From positions 69,254,001 through 69,318,000 of the forward strand of contig NC_135804.1 in the NCBI RefSeq assembly GCF_964213995.1: a stretch of DNA of 64,000 nucleotides. Reading direction: 5' to 3'. Shown here one piece after another: positions 60,890 to 64,000 of this stretch. Each line of letters starts with the position of its first letter. Position 1 is the first letter of the stretch. The notes under the pieces were generated by a model that was not told where the DNA came from, searched no databases, and saw only the letters and a list, made by a program, of their open reading frames with translations. Source of the DNA: Mustelus asterias (taxonomy: Eukaryota). Both the position numbers and the translations under genes were made by a program.

Positions 60890-62517
60890 ATAAAAATGCA
60901 CCCCTCCCCGAATAGCTCAATGCATTTTATGCCCGCATTGAGCAAGAGATCAGCGAGAGCGTGCCTCCTACTCCAGAAGTCTCGGCCAAACTGATATCCT
61001 AGTTCACCATCACACACGTCAGATCAACTTTCTCGAAAGTCTACCCTCGGAAAGCAAATCGTCCGGATGGGCACTCAGATCCTGTGCAGACCAGTTGGCG
61101 GATTATTCCCAGACATATTTAACCTCTCTTTCTGCCAATCTGACGTCCAAATCTGCTTCAAGAAGACGACCCTCATCGCTGTACCAAAGAAAAGCCAGGC
61201 AGCTTGCCTTAATGACTGTCATCCGGTGCCTCTGACATCCATCATTATTAAGAGCTTCGAAAGTTAGTCATGGCACAAATCAATTCCAGCCTCCCAGATT
61301 ACCCAGATCCATTACAGTTCACCTATAGCTGCAACACTTTCACAGCAGAGGCCATCACGTTGGTGCTACACTCAACATGGGAACACCTGCATAAGAAATG
61401 CACCTATGTCAGACTCCTATTTACTGACGACAGCTCAGTCTTCAACGCCATTATTCCTACAATATTCATCTCCAAACTCCATAGCCTGGGGCTCGTCTCC
61501 TCCTTCTGTGACTGGATCCTAGCCTTTCTAACTCACAGATTGCAATCAGTGAGGATAGGCACCTCCTCCATGATCATCCTCAACATTGGTGTCCTCAGCC
61601 GCTTCGCTTACTATGCTTCTTATAAACCTATTACTGTGTGACCAAATTCCCCTCCGACTCGACTTTCAAGTTTACTGATGATACCACCGTAGTGGGTCGG
61701 ATACCACCGTAGTGGGTCGGATCTCAAAAAATTGATGTGATGGATAATAGGAAAGAGATAGAGATACTGATGAATTGATGTGAAGGCAATAATCTCTCCC
61801 TCAATGTCAAAAAATTGAAGGAGATAGTCATCGACTATATCAAGGGGGTGAAGCAGAAATGGTCGGAAGGTTCAAATTGCTAGGTGCCCAGATAACCAAA
61901 AAACCGTCCTCGTCCCTCCACTTCTATGCTGTAGCTAAGAAAGCACAACAACGCCTCTACTCTCTCAGGAGGCTAAATAAATTTGACATATCTGCTAAGA
62001 CTCTCACCAACTTTTAAAATTCGCCATAGGAAACATTTTTTTCTGGTTGCTTCACAGCTTGGTATGGCTTCTGCTCTATCCAAGACCACAAGAAACTACA
62101 AATGGCCGTCAACGACGCCCAGCCAATGTTGCAAAGTAACCTCCCATCCATTGACTCCGTCTACACTTCCTGCTGCCTTTGAAAAGCGGCCAGCATAATC
62201 AGGGAGCCCACGCACTCCCGACATACACTCTTCCACCTTTTTCCATCGGGAAGAAAGATATAAAAGTCTGTGGTCATCGACCAACCGACTGAAGAACAGC
62301 TGCTTTCCCTCTACCATCAGACTTTTGAATAGACCTACCTCGTATTTAGTTGATCTTTCTCTGCACCTTACCGACGAGTGTAACATTACATCCTGCGCCA
62401 CCTCCTTTCCTTCTCTATGTACGGTATGCTTTGTCTGTATAGCGCACAAGAAACAATAGTTTTCACTGTATAATAATACATGAGACAATAATAAATCAAT
62501 TCAAATCAAATCAAACC
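60890..62517 (+). mobile_element. Rex1/Babar-type LINE RT to 3' end, decayed
   Basis: DIFNLS...CFKKT...VPKK..CLND..PVPLTS, DPLQFTY, YVRLLFTDDSSVFN and KFTDDTTVVG; tail (aaatc)n. Confidence 0.85.
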
Positions 62518-62759
62518 AAATTAATTCCAACTTCCAAATCATTAACAGTATAATGATGACCATGAAACCATTGTCAATTGTTGTAAGAAATCATCTGATT
62601 CACTAATGTTCATTAGGGAAGAAAATCTGCCATCCTTAACTGGACTGGCCGACATGTGACGCCAAATCCACAGCAATGTGGTTGACTCTTAAATGGCCTT
62701 AAGGTTGGCAATAATCGCTGGCCCAGCGAGCAATGCCCACATCCTGTGAATGAATGAAA

Positions 62760-63865
62760 GGAATGTATCCACATTAAACTGCATGTGTATGTATATGCCA
62801 ACTCTATCAGTCTGTCCAAATCACACTGAAGCATCATTGTATCCTCCACAAAGCTCACCCTCTCACCTGGAAATCATCATCTGTAAATTTCAAGATATTG
62901 CATTTAGTTCCCAAATCCAGATCATTCATACGCAATGTGTACAGTTGAGGTCCTCGCATTGATCGCTGCATTGCCCTACCAGTCACTGCCTGCCAACTGA
63001 TAAGAGACCCATTTATTCCAAACTTTGATTTCTTCCTGCCAAACAGCTTTCCCTCCATGTCAAGACACTATCCGCAATCTTAAGCATCTCAACTTTATAT
63101 TGTAGTCTGCTATTTGTGACCTTGTCACAAGATCTCTGAAAATGTAAATAAGCCACTCCCACGTGTTCTCCTTCTTCAATTCTACTCGTCCCATCTTTGA
63201 AGAATTCCAGTAGATTTGGCAAGCATGATTTACTTTCATCGATTCAAGTAAGGTTTATTTATTTGTCAAAAGTAGGCTTACATTCACACTGCAATAAAGT
63301 TAGTGTGAAAATCCCCGAGTCGCCACATGCTGGCTCCTGGACACTGAGGGAGAATTTAGCATGGCCAGTTCACATAACCTGCACATCTTTGGACTGTGGC
63401 AGAAAAGCAGAGCACCCAGAGGAAACCCACACAGGGAGAATCCACACAGACAGTGCCCTAGGCCGGAATCGAACTCCGATCCCTGGCGCTGTGAGGCAGC
63501 AGTGCTAACCACAGTACCACCGTGTTTGCTTGGCAACATCACTGTTTTCCAAGTGCTGTGCTATGAAATCCCTGATAATGAATTCTAGTAACTTCCCTCC
63601 TACCAACGTTATCCTCACTTATCTATAATTCCCTGTTTTTTTTCTCGAACTCTCTTCTTGAATAGATTGATTAAACGTTATCTAGCCTCCGACCTGTAGG
63701 AACCATGCCAGAGTCCAAATAATTTTGTAAAACGACGAAAGTGGATTTCTATTTAGAGTCCCACTTCCTTAAGTATTCTGAGCTGACGAGTATCCAGCGC
63801 TGGAGATGTTTCCGCCTTCAGTCCCATAAATTTCCACAAAACTATTTCTCTATTAATACTGATCG
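62760..63865 (-). mobile_element. Old CR1 RT fragment with a minus-strand SINE at about 63250-63525
   Basis: NLLEFF and ILKFTDD remnants; SINE head GGCACGGTGG..CTGTGGTTAGCACTGCTGCC on the minus strand. Confidence 0.8.
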
Positions 63866-64000
63866 GTGCAGACTGGAACAATAATTTTCACTGTATTCAA
63901 ATACATGTGGCAAGAATTAATACTGGTCGGTGCAGACTCGATGGGCCGAATGGCCTCCTTCTGCACTGTAGGGTTTCTATGATTTCTTTCTATGATTGTC

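Noticed and set aside
61680-61722. 20-bp tandem duplication GATACCACCGTAGTGGGTCG
   Set aside because: Ordinary slippage duplication within a dead Rex1-type RT.

Overview
Repeat-dominated vertebrate genomic DNA, most likely from a cartilaginous fish (inferred from the shark-type CR1/HER1 LINEs, HE1/V-SINE-type SINEs, Penelope-like elements and Harbinger remnants). The only clear host gene is a 7-exon minus-strand Ig-superfamily receptor (41037->33370) that I reconstructed from splice sites: leader, V-set, C1-set, transmembrane segment (containing an Arg), and three cytoplasmic exons carrying three canonical ITIMs. Exon 6 has an in-frame TAA, and exons 6 and 7 look like duplicates of one ITIM module. 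The rest is deeply nested transposon debris: a full-length CR1 with an esterase-type ORF1, Penelope-like insertions with 13-14 bp TSDs and minimal hammerhead ribozymes, Harbinger transposase/Myb remnants, a 2.4 kb Harbinger-MITE palindrome, Rex1/Babar LINE pieces, probable solo LTRs and long C-rich tracts. No CRISPR, rRNA or true tRNA genes were found. Repeat boundaries are approximate unless a TSD is given.
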